A stretch of DNA of 64,000 nucleotides from Thiotrichaceae bacterium (GCA_027083815.1 JALWMR010000038.1:1898-65897), one strand, 5' to 3'. Counted from the stretch's first letter, positions 49,985 to 59,994 are shown. The notes: generated from the sequence alone by a model not told the origin. Translations and numbers: made by a program.

Positions 49985-50676
49985 AAGGCTAATTTGTAAC
50001 CCACACCATGTTGCGTTTCTATAATTGTTTCGCAACCGGCCTCAGAAAACTTTTGTCTGATATGGCGAATATGGCTATCGATGGTACGGTCACTAACAAA
50101 GACATTGTTTTGATAAGCACTCTCCATAATCACATCACGACTAAACACCCGCCTGGGTTGTTTTAATAATTGTGCCAGCATGGAAAATTCAGTCGCCGTC
50201 AACTGTATCGACTGGTCATCCCATTTCACCGTATGCTCATCAATATTTAACTCAAGCCGCCCTTGTATCAATTTGGTTTGCTCATCAGCCCTTGCCGTAT
50301 TATCAGGATTTGCTTGAGTGCGTTTGAGTATTACATTAATCCGCGCCACAAGTTCTCGTGGGCTAAAAGGCTTGGTAACATAATCATCACCACCTATTTC
50401 CAGTCCAAGAATACGATCTATCTCTTCATCACGGGAAGACAAAAACAGAATAGGCACTTCAGAAGTTTTACGAATTTCACGACAACATTCCAAGCCATCC
50501 ATTTCGGGCATATTAATATCCAGCACTATCAGATCACAATCAGTTTGCTTAAACTGCTCTAGCGCCTGTTTGCCATCATTAGCTAAAGATACCGTCATAT
50601 CTGCCTTTTCAAGCGCAAATCTAATAACTTCGCGAATATGAGGGTCATCATCAACTATCAGGATTTTTTTATTCAT
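49975..50676 (-). CDS. OmpR-family response regulator
   Basis: MNKKILIVDDD, phospho-acceptor LIVLDINMP, KPF, and a winged-helix C-terminus (LTATEFSML...IETQHGVGYKL). Confidence 0.9.
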   Translation of the reverse strand: MNKKILIVDDDPHIREVIRFALEKADMTVSLANDGKQALEQFKQTDCDLIVLDINMPEMDGLECCREIRKTSEVPILFLSSRDEEIDRILGLEIGGDDYVTKPFSPRELVARINVILKRTQANPDNTARADEQTKLIQGRLELNIDEHTVKWDDQSIQLTATEFSMLAQLLKQPRRVFSRDVIMESAYQNNVFVSDRTIDSHIRHIRQKFSEAGCETIIETQHGVGYKLALCK

Positions 50677-51130
50677 CGTTGCCTTCGAGGCTGCGCTTGG
50701 CAACCATTAAAAACCAAATCAGAAAGGTTATTATAAACACAATCACAGAGAGTAATAAGCCCTCAATAACAGTAACCATAAACAGGCTAAAAAAGTTTCT
50801 TTGTGTAATATTTCCTATATCAAAGCCCGTCAGGATAGCGGCAGCATCAATTGCCATGGCACCCGCCAATAATGCAAAAACAGGATAAAACTGGCTTAAG
50901 GCTGTGATAATAGCACCACCTTGCAAGGCACGGCGCAAAGTTTCCTTTCCCTTTTTAAACAGTTGTATATCAATCAGGGCATAGACCAAAATAAAAACAA
51001 CTATACCAAACATAACCCCCATAAATGCGGGAACAGTTGACATCATATCAGAAGCAAACAGGATGCTCATGATAACATTGAGCAAAACCAGCATGCTCCA
51101 CCTGGCGAACACATTGTTAATAAAACTCAT
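50669..51130 (-). CDS. small polytopic membrane protein (unknown function)
   Basis: Four hydrophobic helices. It overlaps both neighbours (ATGA-type coupling at 51127-51130, 8 nt with the regulator start). Confidence 0.5.
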   Translation of the reverse strand: MSFINNVFARWSMLVLLNVIMSILFASDMMSTVPAFMGVMFGIVVFILVYALIDIQLFKKGKETLRRALQGGAIITALSQFYPVFALLAGAMAIDAAAILTGFDIGNITQRNFFSLFMVTVIEGLLLSVIVFIITFLIWFLMVAKRSLEGNDE

Positions 51131-51639
51131 AATTTACCCTCAAAAAATTCTTCAGGATTGATAAAGAAAATCTTTTCCCAGGCATGCACAATATGGGAGT
51201 CATAGTGAGTAATACGAGGGAAAAGCGTTTTAATCGAATAATGTAAATGGGGCGGTTTATCATTAGCATTCCCAGTAGACCCTACCAACCCGATATTTTG
51301 CCCCGCCCTGACAAGACCAGCTGTTGTTATAATTTCATTAAGATGAGCAAAATAATGGACACGCCAATTAGGCCCCAGCATATAAATCACATTACCGCCA
51401 ACAGGCAGATGCCCTGAAAATAAAATAATGCCATGAGTTGGCGAGATAACAGGCGTATTCTTATGAGCAAAAATATCAATGCCCTTATGTACGCCTGAAC
51501 GACCCCAGGGGTAATACCAAAATGATTTTGGGTTCCAGTCCTTTGTCGTTGCACCCAATACGGGCACTAGATGCGGCTCTGGTATCACATAGCCAACACT
51601 TATAACAAAAAGGAAAAAACAGAATGATTTAATCAACAT
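51127..51639 (-). CDS. M23-family metallopeptidase
   Basis: Signal/anchor, HKGIDIF (HxxxD) and PPHLHYS (HxH) zinc ligands. Confidence 0.8.
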   Translation of the reverse strand: MLIKSFCFFLFVISVGYVIPEPHLVPVLGATTKDWNPKSFWYYPWGRSGVHKGIDIFAHKNTPVISPTHGIILFSGHLPVGGNVIYMLGPNWRVHYFAHLNEIITTAGLVRAGQNIGLVGSTGNANDKPPHLHYSIKTLFPRITHYDSHIVHAWEKIFFINPEEFFEGKL

Positions 51640-51924
51640 AAAGTGGATTAAATCAAAAACTTATGCAACCTGGATGATGGTGATTTGCATATTTTGTGCA
51701 ATATATGACAAATGATAGAAGAAATAAGATAGTGGCAACAAAAACAGGTGGCGCGTATAAAAAAGACAATTCCTCAACAGGCACATAGTCATTTAAACTG
51801 ATACTATAAAGCCAACCAATGTCCTGCAGTTAATGTTTACTTCAGTATTATCGAAACGGCACTGATTTAAATCTTTATGGAGTTACTTGTCTCCACTCAC
51901 AGAAGGAACATTAAAACGTCATAC

Positions 51925-52782
51925 CTAGTTATACCGATCAAATTCGTCATAATATTCAGGGAAGCCAACCGCCTCTTTTAAGCCTTCAAAATCGAGTACA
52001 TTGCTTGGCTCCTGACCGCTTTTAATCATCTCCAGTGATTGTCTCATTGCCACAATGGAGGCATTCACCAGACTTAGTGGAAATACAGCAATTTTATAAC
52101 CAATTTCTTCAAGTTCTTGCGGTGACAGTACCGGTGTTTTACCATGTTCGATCATATTTGCCATTTTATGACCGGGCACCTGACTGCAGTATTCCTTCAT
52201 TTCTTCTATTGATTCTGGCGCCTCTAAAAAGCTGATGTCAGCACCTAATTCAATAAACTTGTTGGCTCTAAAAATGGCTTCGTCGAGTGAATCTGTAGCG
52301 CGGGCGTCGGTTCGCGCCATTATCAGAATATCATTGCCGGATTCGTTACGGGCATCAATAGCTGCCTTAATACGAGCAAATGCTTCATCTCGTGAAACAA
52401 CCATTTTATCTTTAGTATGGCCACAGCGCTTTGGCATGACCTGATCTTCAAGCATAATGCAGGCAAATCCAGCCTGTGCATAGCCCCGTACAGTGCGTTT
52501 TACATTAAGTGCATTGCCAAAACCGGTATCACCATCACCAAACATGGGAATTCTAACGGTACTGCAAATATTACGCCCTGATTCAAGCATTTCTCCATAT
52601 GAAATCAACCCGGTATCAGGCATAGCCAGACGAGCAGCTGAAACCGCAAAGCCACTCATAAAACCCACATCAAAACCGGCTTGTTCAATCAACCTGGCTG
52701 AAAGAGCATCATGACAGCCTGGCATACTTAATAATCCGGGTTTGTCCAGTAGAGTACGTAATTTATCTGCGTTAGAAGTCAT
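51925..52782 (-). CDS. isocitrate lyase / PEP mutase superfamily enzyme (oxaloacetate decarboxylase or methylisocitrate-lyase-like)
   Basis: PGCHDALSARLIEQAGF, GDGDTGFG, EDQ..PKRCGH motifs. Confidence 0.8.
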   Translation of the reverse strand: MTSNADKLRTLLDKPGLLSMPGCHDALSARLIEQAGFDVGFMSGFAVSAARLAMPDTGLISYGEMLESGRNICSTVRIPMFGDGDTGFGNALNVKRTVRGYAQAGFACIMLEDQVMPKRCGHTKDKMVVSRDEAFARIKAAIDARNESGNDILIMARTDARATDSLDEAIFRANKFIELGADISFLEAPESIEEMKEYCSQVPGHKMANMIEHGKTPVLSPQELEEIGYKIAVFPLSLVNASIVAMRQSLEMIKSGQEPSNVLDFEGLKEAVGFPEYYDEFDRYN

Positions 52783-52795
52783 TTGTTATCTCCGT

Positions 52796-53089
52796 TTAAA
52801 AATTATAAGGGATATAGAGCGCAATTTTAGGAAACCAGTAAATAATAAAAACGCTCAATAACATTATCAGGGTAAAGGGCCAGACACCTTTAATCACATC
52901 ATCCATTTTTGCCTTGCCAACCGCCTGTATAACAAATAGATTCAAACCCACCGGCGGCGTAATCAGGGCGCATTCAATCATGATGACAAAAATAATCAGC
53001 AAAAACAGCGGAACTGCCAATAAAACAAAATTATCAACGACGCTATATAAGCCCTGTGGGATCATCATGGGGGACAAGCGGAGCGGCAA
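52796..53089 (-). pseudogene. relic of a TRAP transporter large permease (dctM-like), 5-prime truncated and internally deleted
   Basis: The 97 aa join an N-proximal DctM-like motif (IPQGLYSVVDNFVLLAVPLF) directly to the extreme C-terminal motif (ITPPVGLNLFVIQAV...WPFTLIMLL...YIP). A full DctM is about 425 aa. No dctP/dctQ is nearby. Confidence 0.65.
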
Positions 53090-53166
53090 AGAAATGTTCC
53101 TTTAATTTTGTAACCTTTAAACATCCGTAATATATAGCTATTTTATAGCCAAACTGATTAATCAGG

Positions 53167-53207
53167 TCGTCTGGGGTTGTGGAAACAATATCCACAACCC
53201 CAGACGA
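53167..53207. repeat. perfect 17-bp-stem palindrome
   Basis: TCGTCTGGGGTTGTGGA-AACAATA-TCCACAACCCCAGACGA. It is unique in the window and has no flanking T-tract. Confidence 0.9.
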
Positions 53208-53327
53208 TATGAATAAAAACTTTCCTCTTTAAGTCAATCATCCTTAAACAACATGACATAAATATGTCAATTGCCTGCACGCCGCCCATATTAGTTAGCA
53301 AGTCATACACAGCGACATAAAACGACT

Positions 53328-53351
53328 AAAAAACCAGGGGGGTGTACTTTT
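53328..53351 (-). repeat. partial/degenerate C-core repeat (copy 11)
   Basis: Top strand AAAAAACCAGGGGGGTGTACTTTT. It lacks the GAGAAAAG end. Confidence 0.6.
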
Positions 53352-53464
53352 AAATCTCTAATTCTGGAATAAAACTCTTTTTTGTGAAGAATTTAACAGA
53401 AGTGATTTGCTAACAATCCTAAAATAATGACACATTAAATAATAATAAAACGCGGGATAGAGAT

Positions 53465-53836
53465 ATGAAACCTCAAATAAAAACAGCATTAATATCTAAA
53501 GTAGAGATGGATTTTAATAAAACATTTTCCCGTCTAGACATATTTGTCGGTAAATTTGCGACCGAGCTTGTTGATACAAATAGCTTAAGACTATTACCTA
53601 CTGACACTTATGATATGGCCATACTTAGAATAAAAAGTAAAACGGCTGACATCAAAAACAGTTATGCCGCAGAAGATCGCATCAGTTTCATTGCAAACAA
53701 ACTTGAGGATGGTATTTACAACTACACGCTGTTGCTAATTAGCAAAAGATCCAGGAATGAACCTAAAAAAGCGGTATCTCAAGCAGGTCGATTCTGTGTG
53801 GTAGCAGGGATGGCCAAAAGCATTACTACTAATTAA
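53465..53836 (+). CDS. hypothetical protein (orphan, AT-rich)
   Basis: A 123-aa ORF in an AT-rich gap. No signal peptide and no recognisable motif. Confidence 0.4.
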   Translation: MKPQIKTALISKVEMDFNKTFSRLDIFVGKFATELVDTNSLRLLPTDTYDMAILRIKSKTADIKNSYAAEDRISFIANKLEDGIYNYTLLLISKRSRNEPKKAVSQAGRFCVVAGMAKSITTN

Positions 53837-53912
53837 TATATATTAAACACAAAAGAATTAGAGGATGGCTATTAATGAAATTGCAACGTTACAACAAGCA
53901 TAAAATACTAAT

Positions 53913-55064
53913 TTAAGCCTTATAAGCTTCCAGATAAGCAAGCACTTCTCTAACTGAACCATTAAAGCAAATACGGCTTTTCTTTTTTTCTATTTGGTAG
54001 TCATACATTGGATCGTAATAATCAACTAAAAGGGTATTTACTACCGGCACGAATCCATCTAACGAGCCCGTACTTAAGCGTTGCCTGATTGCAGCTTCCA
54101 TTTGTGCTTTAGCTTTCTGGTAACGCACGCCACCAAGGCGCTTTTGTATTTTTGCTAAACTTGCTAACAGGTGTTCAGAGAGTTTTATTGCGCCTTGTTC
54201 TTCACCATAGATTTCATCAAAGTGATTTTGTGTGTCTACAATATACTCTTCGATACTAATCTGGTTACGCTCATCTTGAGGTACTTCCAGCTTTACGATG
54301 GGTGCTTTTTGCATAGCTTCAAATAAGGCTTGAGGCACACCCAGAGAACCCACATTTCTGGCTTCATCTTCAATAACAAAAAAGGCTACACCTGCTGCCT
54401 CTTTTTTTAACATGTCGATAGCAAGTGCATTCTCAAAATTGATTTGGCTTGGTTGTGGTGTAGCGGTTGGTCCGAAGGCAGAGCCACGATGATTGGCTAG
54501 ACCTTCCAGGTCAATACTGTTCGTGAGTTGTTTCAGTAAACGGGTTTTGCCTGAGCCGGTTCGCCCGCCCAAAATAACAATGGGTATTGAACTGACGATG
54601 CGCTCAATGCTGCCGATTAAAAAACGTCGCATGGCCTTATAGCCACCGGCAACACGCGGGAAATCAACCCCGGTTTCATCAAACAACCATTGCTGTGATA
54701 TTTGTGAGCGCAATCCTCCTCTAAAACAATAAAGTACACCCCCCACTTTTTGGCTTTTCTCCATAAAGGCAGCCCATGCCTTTTTGCGTTGTTTCTGACC
54801 TTCCTTGCCCAGCAACTCGGCACCTAAGAGAATGGCAGCATCCTGCCCCTGCTCTTTGTATTTAATGCCGACCGCTTCACGCTCCGCATCGCTCATCAGT
54901 GGGATATTGACGCTCATGGGGAATGCACCCTGTTCAAATTCAACGGGTGCGCGCACGTCTAGCAGGGGAATATCATTGATAAACAAAGAAGCTAAATCAT
55001 CTACTTGCGGATGAACGCCTTTGGGTAGCCCTTCAAGACTGTCTATTACTCGTGAGTCAGCCAT
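53913..55064 (-). CDS. selU: tRNA 2-selenouridine synthase
   Basis: N-terminal rhodanese domain (DVRAPVEFEQGAFP, active-site loop CFRGGLRS) and P-loop GGRTGSGKT. Located immediately downstream of selD. Confidence 0.9.
   Translation of the reverse strand: MADSRVIDSLEGLPKGVHPQVDDLASLFINDIPLLDVRAPVEFEQGAFPMSVNIPLMSDAEREAVGIKYKEQGQDAAILLGAELLGKEGQKQRKKAWAAFMEKSQKVGGVLYCFRGGLRSQISQQWLFDETGVDFPRVAGGYKAMRRFLIGSIERIVSSIPIVILGGRTGSGKTRLLKQLTNSIDLEGLANHRGSAFGPTATPQPSQINFENALAIDMLKKEAAGVAFFVIEDEARNVGSLGVPQALFEAMQKAPIVKLEVPQDERNQISIEEYIVDTQNHFDEIYGEEQGAIKLSEHLLASLAKIQKRLGGVRYQKAKAQMEAAIRQRLSTGSLDGFVPVVNTLLVDYYDPMYDYQIEKKKSRICFNGSVREVLAYLEAYKA
54730..54762 (+). repeat. C-core repeat, short form (copy 12), inside the selU CDS
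   Basis: TAAAGTACACCCCCCACTTTTTGGCTTTTCTCC on the top strand. It is read on the minus strand as MEKSQKVGGVLY. Confidence 0.9.
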
Positions 55065-55067
55065 CGT

Positions 55068-56120
55068 TTATCCGTTTACCATGATCATGGCATCCTGTTT
55101 ATTATTGCTTAACTCGCCAATAGCCTGCAAGGATAAGCCTGCTTCTGCAATCAGGCTTAAAAATTCCTGTTCGCCTGATTGATCAACTGCAACGAGCAAG
55201 CCGCCACTGGTCTGTGGATCACACACAATGGCTTGTTGCTCTGCCGTCATGGGGCTTAAACAATGACCATAGCTTTCAAAATTACGTGCTGTTCCGCCGG
55301 GCGAGCAATCTTGCGCCAGATAGTCCATAACATATGGCAAAATGGGCAGGTGATCAAAATGTATTTGTGCCTGCAAGCCGCTTCCTTCACAGACTTCCCT
55401 TAAATGCCCACCCAAACCAAAACCAGTAACATCGGTCATCGCCGTCACGCAATTGAGAGTCGCCAGTTTTTCACCAATATTATTCAGTTTGCACATTGAA
55501 TCTGGTGCAATATGTGCGTGTTCGGTCTTTATCAATTTTTTCTTTTGCGCCGTGGATAAAATACCAACACCCAGCGGTTTGGTAAGATACAGCTTATCAC
55601 CCGCTTTGGCAGTTGAGTTTTGTTTTACTTGCTCAGTAGCAACCGTGCCGGTCACGGCAAGCCCAAAAATCGGCTCAGGCGCATCAATGCTGTGACCGCC
55701 AGCGAGAGACATTCCGGCATCCTTGCACGCCTGTCTGCCACCTTCGATCACCTGCTGACCAACCTCAGCAGGTAATTTGTCCAGTGGCCAGCCAAAAATC
55801 GCAATCGCCATAATGGGTTTGCCACCCATGGCGTAAATATCACTGATTGCATTGGTGGCGGCTATCCTGCCAAACGTGAAAGGGTCATCCACAATGGGCA
55901 TAAAAAAGTCAGTGGTGCTGATAACAGCGGTTCCATTACCCAGATCATAAACAGCCGCATCATCACGGGTGCTATTGCCAACCAATAGTGACTCATCCGC
56001 TAAGGCAGGAATCTGGCTAGTAAGCATTACATCGAGTACTGCCGGAGAAATTTTACAGCCACAACCCGATCCATGGCTATATTCGGTCATTTTTATAGAG
56101 GTCGTAGCTGTATTAGTCAT
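55068..56120 (-). CDS. selD: selenide, water dikinase
   Basis: [16 protein letters not shown] (Cys form), DDAAV, and the AIR-synthase-like fold GGHSID. I chose the start MTNTATT at 56120. The ORF-track extension to 56246 was not used. Confidence 0.9.
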   Translation of the reverse strand: MTNTATTSIKMTEYSHGSGCGCKISPAVLDVMLTSQIPALADESLLVGNSTRDDAAVYDLGNGTAVISTTDFFMPIVDDPFTFGRIAATNAISDIYAMGGKPIMAIAIFGWPLDKLPAEVGQQVIEGGRQACKDAGMSLAGGHSIDAPEPIFGLAVTGTVATEQVKQNSTAKAGDKLYLTKPLGVGILSTAQKKKLIKTEHAHIAPDSMCKLNNIGEKLATLNCVTAMTDVTGFGLGGHLREVCEGSGLQAQIHFDHLPILPYVMDYLAQDCSPGGTARNFESYGHCLSPMTAEQQAIVCDPQTSGGLLVAVDQSGEQEFLSLIAEAGLSLQAIGELSNNKQDAMIMVNG

Positions 56121-56233
56121 ATAGTATTTAATCGGTATTATTTGCTTGGATAAATTTGGCTGAATTATACAATGCTCAATCAGCTTCAACCTAGCCTTAC
56201 TGAAAATATACGGAAAATAAACTGAGACAAAAA

Positions 56234-56722
56234 ATGAAACTTTCAAATAGTAAACTGGAATTTACCTTATTATTATTTATACCTATGCTCGGTGAAATCA
56301 TACTATATGTAGCGCATTATTCTTTCAAAAATGACGCGTTTATCCGACTATTTCCAATAATTACAAGCATTCTCATGCTAGCTTATCTGGCTTGGCAGCA
56401 TAGATATTACTGGTATAAAAATCTCTTCAAAAAGGACTATTTCTCGCTGATCAATCTATTTTTTGCAATCAGTTATGGTGTGGTAATTGTCTACTTCTTG
56501 AGTTCTATTGATCTACAGCGCTGGTTTCTTAATATGACTTATCGTACATCAGTATTTTATTTTTTACCTTTTATCCTGTCCGCTTACGTTGTACCCTTTC
56601 TGCTATTCAGTCACGTGTTAGCTGATTCACTGGATAGCATCAAACGTTTCCGATTTATTGGTAGTGCTCACTTTATTATGGCATTGTGCTTTGCATTCTG
56701 GTGGATTAGACAAACTTTTTAA
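56234..56722 (+). CDS. hypothetical polytopic membrane protein (AT-rich)
   Basis: Five hydrophobic helices and Tyr/Phe-rich composition. It is divergent from selD, and its stop codon directly abuts a MITE copy. Confidence 0.45.
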   Translation: MKLSNSKLEFTLLLFIPMLGEIILYVAHYSFKNDAFIRLFPIITSILMLAYLAWQHRYYWYKNLFKKDYFSLINLFFAISYGVVIVYFLSSIDLQRWFLNMTYRTSVFYFLPFILSAYVVPFLLFSHVLADSLDSIKRFRFIGSAHFIMALCFAFWWIRQTF

Positions 56723-56723
56723 A

Positions 56724-56947
56724 TGAAACCTTTGCATGAGAGTATGGCGAGAGAAAAAATAGCGTAATTTTCCTGATTTTTTGTAGATTTGAGGGTAATA
56801 GCAGGGCTATTGACCGAAAATATACGAAAAATCAGGGGAATTTATTCGGCAAACAACGCCTCACCCTAACGGGTCAGCTAAAGCTGTTGTCTCGCGTTGC
56901 TCGGCTAAGCAGTTTTTATCCGTCATATCTTTCGTGCAAAGGTCTCT
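56724..56947 (-). mobile_element. 224-bp MITE-like element, copy B
   Basis: Inverted relative to copy A. The right terminus TGCAAAGGTCTCT is intact and the left terminus is slightly degenerate (TGAAACCTTTGCA). Confidence 0.8.
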
Positions 56948-56966
56948 AACTACAGGAATATTAGCT

Positions 56967-57659
56967 ATGCCCACACTACTCATTACAGGCGCCAACCGTG
57001 GAATTGGCCTGGAACTTTGTAAGCAGTATCTTGCAGAAGGCTGGGAAGTGCATGCCTGCTGCCGAAAGCCTAAAAAAGCCAATGAACTAAAAACCTTAAC
57101 CGAAAAGAACAAAAATCTCACTATCCATGAGTTAGACGTCACCAATGATAAACAAATGGACAAGCTTAAAAAGGCACTAAAAAACAAGCCGGTTGACATT
57201 CTTCTTAATAACGCCGGGGTGCATGCCCTGGGCGCATCACAGTTTGGCAAAACAGATGATAAAGCCTGGGAAGAAGCTGTAGCCATTAACCTGATTGCAC
57301 CCATGAAAATGATGGAGCATTTTGTAGAAAATGTCGCTATCAGTGATAAAAAAATTATTGCCAGTATGAGTAGCAAAATGGGCAGTATGGATGACAATAG
57401 TTCCGGTGGCTCCTACGCCTACCGTGCTACCAAAGCGGCGTTAAATGCCGTTATGGTCAGTGCTGCGCATGATCTGCGTCACCTGGATATTACTGCTTTA
57501 ATTCTCCATCCTGGTTGGGTTCGCACTGACATGGGCGGCCCTAATGGTGAAATATCCGTTCAAGAGTCGGCTCAAAAACTGCGTAAAATTTTGGATGAAT
57601 GTGACATTACCGATAGTGGCAAGTTTTTTGATATTGACGGGTCAATAATTCCCTGGTGA
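56967..57659 (+). CDS. SDR-family oxidoreductase (CsgA/C-factor-like subgroup)
   Basis: MPTLLITGANRGIGLEL, NNAG, YRATKAA. RBS AGGAA is 9 nt upstream. The ORF-track start at 56934 lies inside the MITE. Confidence 0.8.
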   Translation: MPTLLITGANRGIGLELCKQYLAEGWEVHACCRKPKKANELKTLTEKNKNLTIHELDVTNDKQMDKLKKALKNKPVDILLNNAGVHALGASQFGKTDDKAWEEAVAINLIAPMKMMEHFVENVAISDKKIIASMSSKMGSMDDNSSGGSYAYRATKAALNAVMVSAAHDLRHLDITALILHPGWVRTDMGGPNGEISVQESAQKLRKILDECDITDSGKFFDIDGSIIPW

Positions 57660-57667
57660 CAAGAAAG

Positions 57668-58228
57668 TTAAGAACAGGATGTTTTCAAATGAAAGTATTG
57701 TTTAATTCGTGACAGAAAACCAGTCTTACCCTTAATCCAGGATTTTTTATAAAGGTAGTAATCTCGATGAAAATCAGAGCCACCATGCTTGTAAAAAGCA
57801 ATTGCTATCGCCTCTGAGCATTTCTTGTCACCCGTGCGGTCATCTATTAGCTTAAATTTTAATATTGCGCTTTGCTCCCCTTTTCTTAAACGTGTCGGAA
57901 CACACGACCAACTTTGATTATAAGATTGCAGATCCTTATGTACACCGCCACAGGTTGAAACATCCATTCCATGATCTCCTGAATATTTGAAATCAACCTT
58001 CACTTGTAATAAGTCAGGTTCATCTCTTATAACAGCCACACGGTGAATCACATTTTCAGGTTCCTCCCATTGACGCTTGCTTTGAAGCATATAGCCCTTA
58101 AGATTTTCTGCTTTTGATAAAACAATGGGGTTTTCAACTGAAACCTGTGACATATTGATAATTACAAGCAATAAAGATGCTGCTAGCAACACTATTATAA
58201 TCACCATATTCAGAGTTTTTTTGAACAT
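57668..58228 (-). CDS. hypothetical membrane-anchored/secreted protein
   Basis: N-terminal hydrophobic anchor, then a domain of about 150 aa with four Cys. No family was recognised. Confidence 0.45.
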   Translation of the reverse strand: MFKKTLNMVIIIVLLAASLLLVIINMSQVSVENPIVLSKAENLKGYMLQSKRQWEEPENVIHRVAVIRDEPDLLQVKVDFKYSGDHGMDVSTCGGVHKDLQSYNQSWSCVPTRLRKGEQSAILKFKLIDDRTGDKKCSEAIAIAFYKHGGSDFHRDYYLYKKSWIKGKTGFLSRIKQYFHLKTSCS

Positions 58229-58293
58229 GAATTACCTCAATATTGTACTTAATAACAAATATACTAGCGTAGTTACTTTTAATAACCGCTTAA

Positions 58294-59448
<1,155 letters not shown>

Positions 59449-59469
59449 CAGATCTTTGGAGAGGCTAAG

Positions 59470-59679
59470 CTATTTGTTGGGCTTATTACGCTTTCGGTTA
59501 TCAATTGGCTGTTTAATGTCGACTTTTATCGCCCCCCGATAATCCCGCTCAATCGACGTAACGCTGTTCTTTGGCGGGTTTATGGTGGGTGAAATTTGTT
59601 TGGTAACAAACCAGAGCACATAAAAAAGTATGGAGATTGTCACTAAACGAATAAACCAGACTTTGACTTTATAAAGCAT
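59470..59679 (-). CDS. small membrane protein (hypothetical)
   Basis: 69 aa with one hydrophobic helix and a basic tail. Weak evidence. Confidence 0.3.
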   Translation of the reverse strand: MLYKVKVWFIRLVTISILFYVLWFVTKQISPTINPPKNSVTSIERDYRGAIKVDIKQPIDNRKRNKPNK

Positions 59680-59700
59680 TTTAAAAAAAAAATCAATAAG

Positions 59701-59901
59701 TTAGTCTTTTTCTTCGATCCAGTTCATCTGAATTGATTCCAGAATTTTCTCATTTGACTTTTCCGGATCATCATCAAAATTCTCAAGCTTGCAAACCCAA
59801 TCGTGTAAATCAGTAAAACGTACATACTGCGGATCAACGTCCGGGTGCGCTTCATCCAGTTCGATGGCTATATCCAGTGTATCTGTCCATTTTAATTGCA
59901 T
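59701..59901 (-). CDS. iscX: Fe-S cluster assembly protein IscX
   Basis: MQLKWTDTLDIAIELDEAHPDVDPQYVRFTDLHDWV is the IscX/YfhJ pattern. Confidence 0.85.
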   Translation of the reverse strand: MQLKWTDTLDIAIELDEAHPDVDPQYVRFTDLHDWVCKLENFDDDPEKSNEKILESIQMNWIEEKD

Positions 59902-59957
59902 AATGACTCCCTATTCTGTTTACCCTCCATTTTCCTCTGTTTTTGGAGACCTTTACC

Positions 59958-59994
59958 GGAGAAAAGGGCAAAAAAGGTGGGGGGTGTACTTTTT
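59958..59994 (-). repeat. C-core repeat, short form (copy 13), between fdx and iscX
   Basis: Top strand GGAGAAAAGGGCAAAAAAGGTGGGGGGTGTACTTTTT. Confidence 0.9.

Noticed and set aside
56121-56246. N-terminal extensions offered by the ORF track: selD to 56246, hscB to 62964, psd from 26416, guaB to 34987, and the membrane ORF to 2051
   Set aside because: The internal Met codons give N-termini matching the conserved family starts. They also avoid overlap with divergent genes or repeat elements.
56861-57397. 178-aa minus-strand ORF
   Set aside because: It is antisense to the SDR gene (TGANRGIG, YRATKAA on the plus strand), and its C-terminal part is read out of MITE sequence.
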